Assembly: GCA_000320545.1 (NCBI GenBank)
Contig: ADNK01001077.1
Coordinates: forward strand, 8,759-72,758
Direction: 5' to 3'
Length of the DNA: 64,000 nt
Origin: Bigelowiella natans CCMP2755
Lineage: Eukaryota > Protista > Cercozoa
Shown one piece after another: positions 27,603 to 40,080 of the stretch (position 1 is its first letter; each line of letters opens with the position of its first letter). Below the pieces are notes generated by a model. The model was not told the DNA's origin. It did no database searches and saw nothing but the letters and a program-made list of their open reading frames with translations. A program made the position numbers and the translations under genes.

Positions 27603-28299
27603 TCCTAACGAGTACCTCCTCCTTGAGATCCTTTTTACGGTTAGCATCCGGGTGATCACTTACAATCTTTGATATTACAGTTAGCAATAGGATACTCACT
27701 AACAACCTTTTATATCGCGACAATTGCATTCAACGTTGCTCTTAACACATTTACTGGCGTTTCTACTTTAGCGAATACATCCCTACTTTTTTTACTTTTA
27801 TTCTTGTAGAGTTGTTTCTCTCCTTCTTTTCCTTTAGTTTGTCGTTATACTTATCTGGAATCTAAATAAAAGGTGTAATTCGTATACCCGTATACCACAC
27901 CAATTCACAAAAGATAGCCGTAGCATGTCAATATGACGATAGGGTTAATCTTACTGTTACAATTTGTACTTTCGTTTGAGGTGTCAACAGCTCTCCACTG
28001 GATAGGCGAGGAAATATCTAAAAAAATTAAAAAACATAGACGGATGGTGGGCACTAGTGTGATTAGGAATTTGTAAGATTTCTAATACTCAAACTATTGC
28101 AAGAAGAAATCCGAATCACCAGTGATTCTAAACGTTTCCCGGCATGCTTCACTGCATGTTTCACTTCTTCCACACTTGTTCAGTTAACCTGAAATGCATC
28201 TGGTGGTATGGTCCCCAAGTTTCGAGAGTTTGGAGACACTGGAATTTCCGAAAAAAATGTGGCTTTCGAGCCGGGGCACATTGAACAATCGGCGCCCAT
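26201..28299 (-). CDS. Multi-exon hypothetical protein with an MGxxC N-terminus and a RanBD/PH-like segment
   Basis: First exon reads MGADCSMCP.... Internal LHLLHDKESGKTRYVMKAEE resembles the RanBP1 LLxHKxTGKxRLxMR motif. Acidic last exon ends at TAG 26201-26203. Middle exons not fully resolved. Confidence 0.5.
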
Positions 28300-28589
28300 T
28301 TCCCACTTCTCAAATGGTGATTAGTCACCACGAATGCTTCCTCCCCAATGACGACGCGAGTGTTGTGCAGCAACAGTCGATGATGATGATGTTGATAATG
28401 ATGGGATGGAATTTGAACACACAAATTAGGTGGAAAGAGCAGCCATTCAAATTCAGATCAGATTTGATGTTGTGAACAATATCACAGGGCATTTGTACCC
28501 CTACGACAAAGAAAAGTTATGTCTTACACCCCTACGAGTCGTACGACACACATAAGTAATGTCACAGAGCGTTTGTACCCCTACGACAT

Positions 28590-29760
28590 CGAAATTATCA
28601 GGAGCACTGAAGAGGCAGCTAGATCCACTGAGATCCGTTCATGCCATTTTGAAAAACCAGCTAGTTGATTTGCTAGTCACAGTCCTCACTGAAGCCAGTT
28701 CGAGGCACTGCATTTCGCACACTGCAAATGTCTTACAACATTTTGGAAATGCAGTTCGTCATCATTGTTCATTGTTCATTGTTCATTGTTCATCTCTGAT
28801 CAGTCTTTGCAAGAGTGTGAGAACACGTGAACATGCAACAGTGGTTCATTTCCGGTCTCGACTCGGCACGAGCTAGCGAGTGCACTTCGGCAATTTCATC
28901 GAATTGACGCGGATCGATGACACTTGTTTGCGTGATTGCTGGCATGACTAGCTAGCTAGATGAGTGCTAGCCAGCTAGGACCCAGGACTTGAAATCACAA
29001 TGATGGAATGATCGCACCCAGCTGGTTGTCACATGGTGACAGGTGACGATGTGACTCCAATGCAAAGTCTGGAGGTTGAACAGCCGTTTGTTCGCTTGAC
29101 TGGTGTGGGCCCTGCCACCACGCTAGCATGCCACCCAGTCTCACATTCATCACGAGATGCAGTCGCGAAAACCACTTTCAGTGTGAAGCCTCCTGAAACT
29201 CAGAACTCAGAACCAGAGAACCTGAACTAGAGCTAGAGAGTGAAAAACAGCTGATGCATGATGACCGTCACCTGTGCCCGCTGTTGATGTCTGCGGACAT
29301 GCACTCACACTCGCTGTGGCCAGACACGAGCGCATGTGCATGTGCCACACACACTTGGAAGCACAGCTGTCAGGAGCACCTCTGCACCTCTGACCTAGCT
29401 AGCTAGCGTGTAGCTAGCTAGCTGTGTCAACATCGCATGGCGCACCGTCCAACCAACGAACAATGGGAACACAACGCCATGAGCACATCTAGATATCATG
29501 CTAGCATGCTCAACGCAAGTTTCCATGCAATCCTTCGCGTGCATTCATTGCCGCATTCGATCTTGTCTAGCTAGCTAGATAATCTAGTTCGTTGCGTGCT
29601 TATGATGTGGAGGACTTAGCATTGCAAAATGCATCACATCGCCATGCTAGCATGCTGTCTATGTCATTGCAAGTCATGATGTGATTGTGTGCAATCTGCA
29701 AGGAGAATGAATTAAGTCGGGTGAGTGGTTCATCACATCATCAACCTCATCTCAGACAGT
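28590..29760. other. TpA-depleted, CTAG-retaining intergenic island
   Basis: Hand count 28741-29460: 15 TA, of which 14 CTAG and 1 GTAG. Contains (CTAG)n runs and (CATTGTT)4. Confidence 0.88.
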
Positions 29761-29834
29761 AGACACAATGTATCGATGTCACTTCAAAACTCTACTGATC
29801 AAAATACCCAACTGTTACTACTAAAATTCCTACT

Positions 29835-30193
29835 CTAAAGAGCCCGCCGCTCAAGAACTAACCATTACAATTTGTAGTCCTTTTTGAACAACAGCACATT
29901 ATCATCCTCATTCTCTCATATGTTGCCATCATGAGAGATTAAGCAACTCACTCTCTCTTAATTTGCTTTTCTTACGGCTCGATTCTTCTATTTCAGAACA
30001 GATATACCTGCCCGACAAAATTTGAGTAGTTATTAATCTTATTACAAACCAATGGTACGTTGAGCTAAAAGGATGATGCTATATCTATCTCTCATATTAG
30101 CGCTATTGTTTGCACGTACATATTCTGAGAACTCCATGTTCCAAGAGACATATACACCTCAGTAACATTCACACCTGATATAGATATATCCAT

Positions 30194-30226
<33 letters not shown>

Positions 30227-30594
30227 ATCACCAAAATTATGATACATACTACTACTCATACTACCAAACAAGGCAAGGATATAGAGGAAATAGAAGGAGA
30301 ATGATACATCGTGGTGGATCTAGCTTCTTTAGCATTTCCACTGCTTTAACTTTTACATCTCGATCACGGATGATATGAGCATGGGGTACTAACAGTACTG
30401 AAGAATTTTCACAACGATGACAAACACACCCAAAAAAGAAAAGATAGTGTTGTATTATTACTACTTAGTGCTAATCAGTCGGAGCACAACAGAAGAACAA
30501 TGTGCCGATGAGAGAAATAGAATGATCTTGATGCGAAGTAATAATTAATCAGAGACAACAGGACTATGTGAGAGGGAAGAGAAAAAAAAAAAGA

Positions 30595-30672
<78 letters not shown>

Positions 30673-30746
30673 AACAACTACCACATGAATGAATTCATAG
30701 TATTATTATTATTATTATTAGTAGTAGTAGTAGTAGTGTTTAATAA

Positions 30747-30783
<37 letters not shown>

Positions 30784-30817
30784 CATAGTAGTAGTGTATA
30801 ATATTTGTATAGATATA

Positions 30818-30896
<79 letters not shown>

Positions 30897-31161
30897 TATA
30901 TATAATATAAGAAATAATAATACCGGTATCTATGAGATTGTAGCTGTGTAGGAAAGAATCTAGAAGCATCTCATCGGCCTTATTATTCACCATTTTCACC
31001 ATTATTATAATCCTCATCATCGTTGTCATTATCATCAACAGTATGGATGAGAAAAATTGCTTCAGAAACAGGGAGGTAGAACGAACAATATAACAAGTAT
31101 TGATGAGCATGATGAATGAATAAATCAAGTAATTAAGGGATGCAGCAACATGTACTACAAA

Positions 31162-31194
<33 letters not shown>

Positions 31195-31259
31195 CAGCAC
31201 CTACCCCGTGTGGTATTTTGCCAATTGGTCGTAATATATCCTCACAGAAGGCTGATAAC

Positions 31260-31291
<32 letters not shown>

Positions 31292-31334
31292 CAAAGACGA
31301 TGAAAGACGGAAGGAAGGAAGCAGGTGGACCCCA

Positions 31335-31378
<44 letters not shown>

Positions 31379-31387
31379 TATTAGTAA

Positions 31388-31423
<36 letters not shown>

Positions 31424-31587
31424 ATATATATATATTTATATTTACATATTATTATCTGAAGTAATATATATTATATTAACATATTATTATCTGAAGTACT
31501 ACTATTTATGGCATTGATGATGGATAGCGATGAAAATCATCTCAAAACGTATCCATTAAAGCTGGCAACTTACTACAGCATCGTTTT

Positions 31588-31642
<55 letters not shown>

Positions 31643-31780
31643 TGATATTGAATCATATCCTTGTACAAGTATTCAGAGGCTTAATCAATGATAACAATAA
31701 TTATCACCAAATAAATAATAATATCAGCAGCAAAACGTACATTATCTAACCCACAAACTGAGCATACTACTACTACTACT

Positions 31781-31817
<37 letters not shown>

Positions 31818-32183
31818 CGGCAACAGCAGCAACAGTACTGACTAAGGAAATCTCCTCTGGTAAGGTAGGGTATGCTCTCTCTTGCTTCTACCATCCACAA
31901 GCATAAACCTATAGGAAGGAATCAAGTAGATGTTATGAATACAAAGTAGTAGACCGATAATGATAATGAATACACAGTACTGATAATGATGATGATGATA
32001 ATAATGTTATATGCTGTTAATACTACCCCCATCCGTGTGAGCATGCTGTACCAAAGGAAGACAATTGCCATTCTCACATTGGATTTCATCGCTGATAATG
32101 ATGATGATGATGATGATGATGATGATAATGCTGGTAGCGGTCAAAATATGTCATATTTTGTATATTATAGGTAAACCACCTGA

Positions 32184-32266
<83 letters not shown>

Positions 32267-32388
32267 AACCTTTCCCAAAAGGTCAAAGCATGAAACTTGT
32301 TTTCTATAGCAAGCAAATGAATTAACCGCTCAACCTCCCTCAGCCTGAAGAAATGTATTTTGATAGATTAGAAGAAGAAAAGAACATG

Positions 32389-32443
<55 letters not shown>

Positions 32444-32543
32444 GATAGATTAGAGGATAGATTAGATGAAGAAAAGAACAAAACCATAAAAAATGGAACG
32501 GACGGCAAAACTAGTATTTCGCCGATTATTTTAGAATATATAC

Positions 32544-32574
<31 letters not shown>

Positions 32575-33809
32575 TACATTTTAATACATGCTTGAATTCA
32601 TGGACATACAAGCTCTCTCTCTCTCTCTCTCTCTCTCCCTCCCTCTATCTGTCTCACATACACAAACACAAATTGGCATAGAATATGTGATCAGATACAT
32701 TGTGGGTTGATTACATCGTATCTGCTGAATCATGAACGTCTACAACGACTACTGTCTCTTTTCCCTCATGCTACAACAAATTATTCATTATCGAGAGAGG
32801 AGGCAACACAAACAAGAAATAAGTATGTATTTTTACAACCGATTATTACTATCATAATAATAACGACGCAGACTAATAAATACAACATCAAACTAACATG
32901 TCCAATGAGTAATCACTATGCTCTCCTCTTTTAACACCATCTTCATCTTCATCATGATCATCATCATACCAATATCCTCAAGTGTAATTACTACTACTAC
33001 TACTATTGCCTATTAAGGCTGCTGCTGCTACCGTGATCATGGTGATGATGATGATCATCATCATCATCACCTAGGCTACTACTACCTACCTCCCACATCG
33101 TCGAAAACCTCATAGCACAAATAACCCACTGAGACTACTACTACCTCCCACATCGTCGAAAACCTCATAGCACAAATAACCCACTGAGACCCTGCCTTGG
33201 AACTTGAATTATATCTGATCACCAACAACCAAAAACAATGTGTGTGTGTGTGTGTGTATTGTGCTATACTACTATTATCATGTACTACTACTACCGATAA
33301 TAGGAAATTCTTCCTTTGGCCGCATTAGAGATCAAATTTATGTCTTTGCGCAATACCTGTGGAAAGAAGGAAAATATAGAGGAGGAGGAGGAGGAATAGA
33401 AAGAGCAATATGTGAGAAAACAAGATAATAAATAATAATCAATAATAACAACAAAGCTAAGAGCAACAGGTAAGAAACAAAGATAAAATATAGGAATAAT
33501 AACAAAACTAATAAATCGATATGACAAGGATTAGCATTAGCATTAGTGTGGTTGTATTCTTCTTCTTCTTCTTCTTCTTCTTGGTGTCTTTGAAGAAAGC
33601 AAATTAGTAGAGGAGGGGGAGGAGGAGGAGGAGGAGGAGGAGGAGGAGGAGGAGGAGAGAAGACTTTAACTAGTAGTCCTGCTACTACAAGTACCCGTTC
33701 ATTTATGTGCGCAACAAAGCTGCTACTAGGATATGCTTCCATGGTCTAATGTTGGATAAGGATTAACATAATAACACAACAAGATGCGTGCGAGCTCCTT
33801 TCTCCGTTG

Positions 33810-33845
<36 letters not shown>

Positions 33846-34349
33846 CCACTTTTTCTTTTTGATCTTCTTCTTCTTTGACATGTGTGCAGCATTACGGTGA
33901 GCGACGGACATAAGATAGTTGATTAATTGTTGCTTACTACTGCTACTCCTACTACCGTTACTACTTTTGCAATAAATCGTCACAACAAGATAGTTGACTA
34001 ATCCTCAACTACTACAAACAACTACAACAACAACAATTACCACTACCTTTGTAATGAATTCTATACAAGAATCACGATAAAACACAAACTGATGATGATT
34101 GCCTAAATGTCATTGGCCAAAATAACAAACAAAATAATCACTACGCAAGTATGCATCATCATCATCACAACCATCATCATCATCACTACGCAAGTATGCA
34201 TCATCAGCACCACCATCATCATCATGTGGTAGGTAGCAGGAAGACAATAATAAGTTTATAGCATAACAGTTTTTGATTTATATTCAACATTACTAGATGA
34301 AGATATATTGAAGAGAGCGAAAGAGAAGACAAATTCTCTATCAAATGAG

Positions 34350-34380
<31 letters not shown>

Positions 34381-35642
34381 TGTCTTCTTCCTCAAATCCT
34401 GTTGGTGCAACTTGTGGCGGCGTGAGGCATGTTCCATTGATAGCAGCAGCTGGGCTTGATAGACGACGATCTGTTGTTTTACTTGCAACTTTCCTCCTCC
34501 TCCTCCTCCTCCTACTACTATAACTGCCACTAGCACCACCAAAATCACTAGCAGCGTTAGAATCAGGAGCAGCACTATGATGATGATGAAGAGGGACCTC
34601 CTCATCTCCTTCTTCTTCTTCTTCTTCTTCTTCTTCTTCTTTGTTATTGTCGTGGTGGATGATTGCCATAAGTTGATCGTAACTCACGTTTTCCTTAACA
34701 CCGTCGGGATATGATATCTCATATACAAATGATGATGAAGATAATGTTTTTAATGAATTATCATCATCTTTCACCCCTCCCCCTCCTCCTCCTCCTCCTC
34801 CTCCTCCTCCTCCTCCTCCTCCTCCTTTCATCGTCGTTGTTCTTGTCATCATCATGGAGGGACTGGTTGTACTCCGCATTGAAACTGATGTAACTCTGCC
34901 ACCATAGAAAGTTCCATAGTTGGGATAGTAACGACAACGAATCTCAAGGCCTTTGATGATAAGTGATGATGAGAGTGAGGAGAAAACGACAAACAATACA
35001 ACTAGTAAACACACTTAGGTAGTAGTATCATCATCATCATAAATCATCATCGCCATCTTCATCATAAGTCAATGATGAAATCACAAGAATATAAACAAAT
35101 TTCGTGTGGAAGGAACCCACATATTCAAGACTCGTACAACCGTTCATATGTTGCAAGAAATCCCATACATATTCAAGACTCGTACAATCGTTCACATGTA
35201 GTAGCAAGGCTAATACTAGAGCCTCTTATCAAATTTCTCTTATCCTTTTGATTTCATTTTAATATTAGTAATATTACCTAGAAAAGAAAGTGCTTGTTGA
35301 GAGATGGTTTGAAAATCCAAGTATAAGCTACCAGAGCAGTATTCTACTACCTTTTTAAAGACACATGCATCATTACGTTAGAGACACATCACCATCATCA
35401 TATATTTGAGGATATATACCAACTACCAATCTTGATCTCTCATCACATGACAATGATATCAATCTATAAATGTGAGAGGGTACTACCTAACGACGAATGC
35501 AACAATCTCTCAAGATTACTCGTGTTTTTGGTTGAAGTTTGTTTATAAATAGTAGCTGCTACTGTGATTGATGATAGCAGTCTCACTAATTACTACTAGT
35601 ACTGTTATTACCGATTTCTTAGTACACCAAATAGGCTTCCCC

Positions 35643-35679
<37 letters not shown>

Positions 35680-36213
35680 TGCCATCAACGTGTCTAGTCC
35701 TGTTGCTAGTACTACCACTTGCACTAATCCCCCTCCTACTTGATCTTCGTTTTCTTGTGGATCTTCTTGTCCCAACTCCTCCTCCTCCCTCCTCCCCCCC
35801 CCCCAAATCTTCCTCCGTTTTTTCACTGCTCGAGAAACCTATTAATGATTAGGTAGAAGAATTCATTAAAATTTTCCAATAGAAAACGACACAACATCTT
35901 CTTGTTATTTCTTATATTCCAAATAGAGAAAATAAATAAAAAGATTGGAATTCAGAAATCTCTATTCCTGTTATTGCCTTGAGCTCTGTACTTGATAATA
36001 CTTCTACTATTCTCCTGTTTTCCCTCCTCAACAACAGCAGCATTGTTATCACCGTTGTTGTTGTTGTTTATGAGCAAAACCAAACACTGGCGACAATTAT
36101 TCTTCTTGCCCACAATCTATCGTTCAAAGAAGGAAGAAGAACAACAGACAACCCAACAAGCAACAACCAAATAACTTCTTATCAATGCACATCTTATTTC
36201 ATTTGAGGTACGT

Positions 36214-36269
<56 letters not shown>

Positions 36270-38350
36270 AACAACATATATGATATATAGCTCTCCTGCA
36301 ACAGAGGAGAAATAGGATCACTTAAATGATTAATTTCATCTCTCTTCTCTTTGTATGTACTAGTTTTTACTACCCTCTCTCCTATGACAACTATGTCCCC
36401 CCCCCCATGAGATCCTCCTCCCTTGTTTCCTTCTCGCCGCAAATAATAGCCTAAGCTCTTCCTGAGAGAGAACACAATTTTGCGATGTAAATAAACGCAA
36501 TTACGATGATAAGTGATGGTGATGGAGGGCATTGAGAAGAGGTTTGCCTCCATTAAAATTATGTGAAACTGGGCAAATGCAGCAAAATCTAGGAGAGCTT
36601 TGAATGGCAAAAATGATAAGAAGAAGCACCTTTTGTCGACAGGATGTTGGTGCTGAATATGATCGTGATTCCTCTTCCTCTTCCCCCCCCTTTTGTGATG
36701 ATGATGATGATGATGATGATGATCGCAAGGACTTAGAAGCTCTAAAGAAGGTGGTGGTGTCGGTGCAATCATATCAGGAGCAGCACTCAATTTTCTACGA
36801 TGATGCTTGGAGTTTCTCTTTGTCAGAGAAGGGTACTTGAGCAGCAGCTGCTCTCCCTTCTTTACTTTCTTTTTCCTACTTTTTACCATCATTTTCTTTA
36901 CTTTGGTGGTTTTCCGCTCAGTAGTAATTTGGGAGTGATCTTCCCCACCACCTAAGAAATCAATAATAAGCTGTAGAGTAGGCCCTGCCATCATCTCATA
37001 TGTAGAAGAAGAGGGTGCAAGCATTAGCAGTAGCAGACAAAACGGTATCTAAAACAGTTTTCATCATAGTTTAGAGCTTTACATAGGTGATGTATTTCAA
37101 GTGCTTTGCCAAATTCCACAACAGCTTTTTCTATCCCTACGAAGTTATTATTAGTATCAATTGAGGACGGAGAGTTCTGTGTGTCATATTAAGTATGTAA
37201 CAAGTATATCTGTCTTATATCACGTGATAGTACATATGCACGCACATATATACATTTACATACATAAAACATATACAAGTTGAGTTTTCACAGGATACTG
37301 CGCGCGCGTGTGTGTGTGTGTGTGTGTGTGACACCAGCTTAGAAGAAGGACATCGCATTTACTTTCTATGTAATGTAATACGTTTTCACCAGGAGCACCT
37401 TGATGTACGAGAGAGGCATGGAAAGCAGTTTCGTGATTATGAACCTGCCCGATCTCATCTATGAAGAACTCATGATGATGCTCCTTACCACTGTCGTCGC
37501 CGATTTCTGTAATGATGATGAATCTTCAATGTAAATTACTATCGACGCTATCCTTTATCTTCAAGGAATATTTTCCCTGCATTATTATTCGAGGACATGG
37601 TTAAAACATCATTAAAATGGCTCAGACCAGTTTTTCCCTCCTCGGACATCTTGGGATTTTCACTATGTTTACTGCTTTCATCGTCAATACACGAAAGTAG
37701 AGTTTCCGCTGCACCCTCAAGATGTCCCTCAGAAGCTTATATAATTAGGATAGGAAGGAGAGGAGAAAGTCATTCCATTGAAACTATAGTACTGTGAGTT
37801 TACAACCTTTGAGCGCTGTCAAGCATCTTTCCTCCGAGAATCCCATCTTCTTTAGCGTTTCGAGCTTTTGCATGAACTTTTGGATGGAGTAGTAGTAGTA
37901 GTAGTAGTAGTAGTGTATATTCAAGAATAACAATAATGACAATAATAATAAGAATAATAAGGACGCTTACATACGAACCAACTTTTGGAGTTGTAGTGCG
38001 TATTCAAGAACAATAATACAATTTCGATTACTGCGACAAAAAGACGATTTTATAACCTTGCTGGCTTTACGTCTTCGTGCCATCCGAAGGTGCATATCTT
38101 TACACAACAAAAGCAAAAAAATAATTTACCACTTGGTTTCCCCGAGGTAGGGCAGAGATACTCAAACTTTTAAGACACGCTACACTCGCATGATGAACCC
38201 CGTCACCACCACTCGCTAAGCGGAGCAGCCAACATTACTTGGTCTTAACTTCCCCGAAGCTGTTCTGTTCGAATGCGTGCTTGATGGTGAGGTGTATTCT
38301 CCTTCTTGCTCTGTTGTCCTCCTCCAGCAGCTGCAGTTTATCTTCTCCTT
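29835..38350 (-). CDS. Large multi-exon protein with UBA and Tudor domains; ends tentative
   Basis: UBA: KLETLKKMGFSEERCLTALKASEGHLEGAAETLL (about 37700-37880). Tudor-like: GLEIRCRYYPNYGTFYGGRVTSV...YEISYPDGVKENVSYDQL (about 34660-34960). Many short AG..GT-bounded coding segments continue down to about 29.8 kb. Confidence 0.55.
30596..30910. repeat. Compound microsatellite tract, representative of introns throughout the window
   Basis: Adjacent (GT)n, (GA)n, (TAT)n, (TAG)n, (TA)n and (CA)n runs. Confidence 0.95.
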
Positions 38351-38466
38351 CAATGATCTACTTACTTGAACCACCACCCCATCACCATCTCACCAGGAAG
38401 ACGACCATCATGATTCTACGATCGTAGTGATGACTGTTCGTCGTTGTTGTTGTCGTAGGACAACTT

Positions 38467-38588
38467 TCGATTATGAAGAGTCTCCGTAGAATCTCGAGAA
38501 CAACAGCTCTCCACAGAATCTCGAGAACAGCTCAGTCGATGTACAGCCTGTAGCTTTTCTCGAGATTCTCTGGAGACTCAAAATCGAT
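38467..38588. repeat. Short inverted repeat in a divergent promoter
   Basis: gagtctccgtagaatctcgagaa (38478-38500) pairs with ttctcgagattctctggagactc (38557-38579). A third direct copy lies at 38508-38532. Confidence 0.75.
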
Positions 38589-38675
38589 CATTTGTTCTAC
38601 TACGACGATCAACAACGGTTGGTGAAGAGGGTGGAGAAGAAAGAGTCGCACTACTACTACTACTATCAGGATACG

Positions 38676-39423
38676 ATGTCGGCGCCTCGTAATAAATTCA
38701 AGCTCCTCAATGTAGTGCGCCTCATCAGCGAGTCTTCATTGTTATCATTATTATCATTACTATTGTTATTATTATCATTATTAGTGCACGGTTGTCGGAA
38801 ACATTTCGGTCGGAAAGAGCTCCCTCTGCATCTCCTACACTATGAATGGAATTAGAAACTATCCGAGCAGGGGCAAATTTAGTTAAATCATACCAACAGT
38901 GAAAGCATCAAATGTTGACAGCCTCCTGAACGTAATTTTTGTATTGGCCTCAGACCTTTACTCCTTTAACATACTCTGTGATGGTAAAGCCACACAACTC
39001 AACATAACTGACACACCGGGGCATGAAGACTACGACCGATTGCGCCAATTGAAGTACAAGGACACCGACGTCTTCATTATTGCTTTTTCCATCGACTCTC
39101 CGTCAACTCTGATGAATGTAGCGGCAAAGTGGGAACCAGAAATTCGTCGCCATCGTCCGGGAGTTCCTATCATCCTGGTAGGCTTGAAGTCCGACCTCCG
39201 CAAAAGCCAAGTACACAAAAAGGACTATGAGGATGGGCGGCCGTCAATTGTCTCTTGCGAGCAGGGTGAGGAGATGGCCAAGAATATCGGCGCCACAAAG
39301 TACATGGAGTGTTCTGCGCTTACTCGAGATGGGTTGGAGGACGTGTTTGAAACCGCCTGTTGCACGGCGATGAGGCCCCGAGAAAAACCCTCGGGGAAGA
39401 ATCCAAAATGCGTACTCCTGTGA
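38676..39423 (+). CDS. Rho/Rac-family small GTPase, atypical
   Basis: Exons 38676-38711, 38785-38872 and 38954-39423. G1 GNISVGKS, G3 DTPGHEDYDRLR, G4 GLKSD, G5 ECSAL, CAAX box CVLL. Confidence 0.9.
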
Positions 39424-39579
39424 GTTGACCTTGCATGAATGAATTTGATGCGAGATGAAACGCTCGAACTCTCAAAATTCTCTTCATCTTGTTGTCGGCC
39501 TACAGGCAACATCAGCAGCAAATGGATTGCCGATGGCAATTCTTGTCTTCTAGCTACGTGTGTGCGCGCGCGCGCACGC

Positions 39580-39621
<42 letters not shown>

Positions 39622-40080
39622 ACGTGCGGCTTGTATTTCTCCACCGGAACTTTGTGGTGGAGGTGTGCTGTGACCTATTCTGCATTTCCATGTTTTGCAA
39701 TGCCATTAGCCATGATGGCTGGTGCCACTTGGGTGCCATGCTCGTAAAAGATATGAATTGCACCATTTACTGATGGCTTGCCAAGCCAGCACGCTTGTGG
39801 CGCAGCTTCCTGACATGCGGTTCACGTGCACATGAAAACGTTAAGCTTGGATCGGGCGATGCTGCGCGATTTTCAAGATGCGATATCACATTTGAGAAGC
39901 TTTGCAGGCCATGATCACATGCTGCCACACTCTTAAAAAGCACAGTGATGATCAAATGTACGACACCAAACGGTTGATGATGCACCATTATTGCAAACAT
40001 TGGGACATGGAATGGTTACGTTTGTCACCATTCCACACTTGTGAACAATGCGAATATAAATGTTTAGAATGCGTTGAAAT

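Noticed and set aside
38230-38350. RRRIHLTIKHAF, similar to the PUS7 R3H-like insert
   Set aside because: No TruD catalytic motifs found downstream, and the frame linkage is uncertain.
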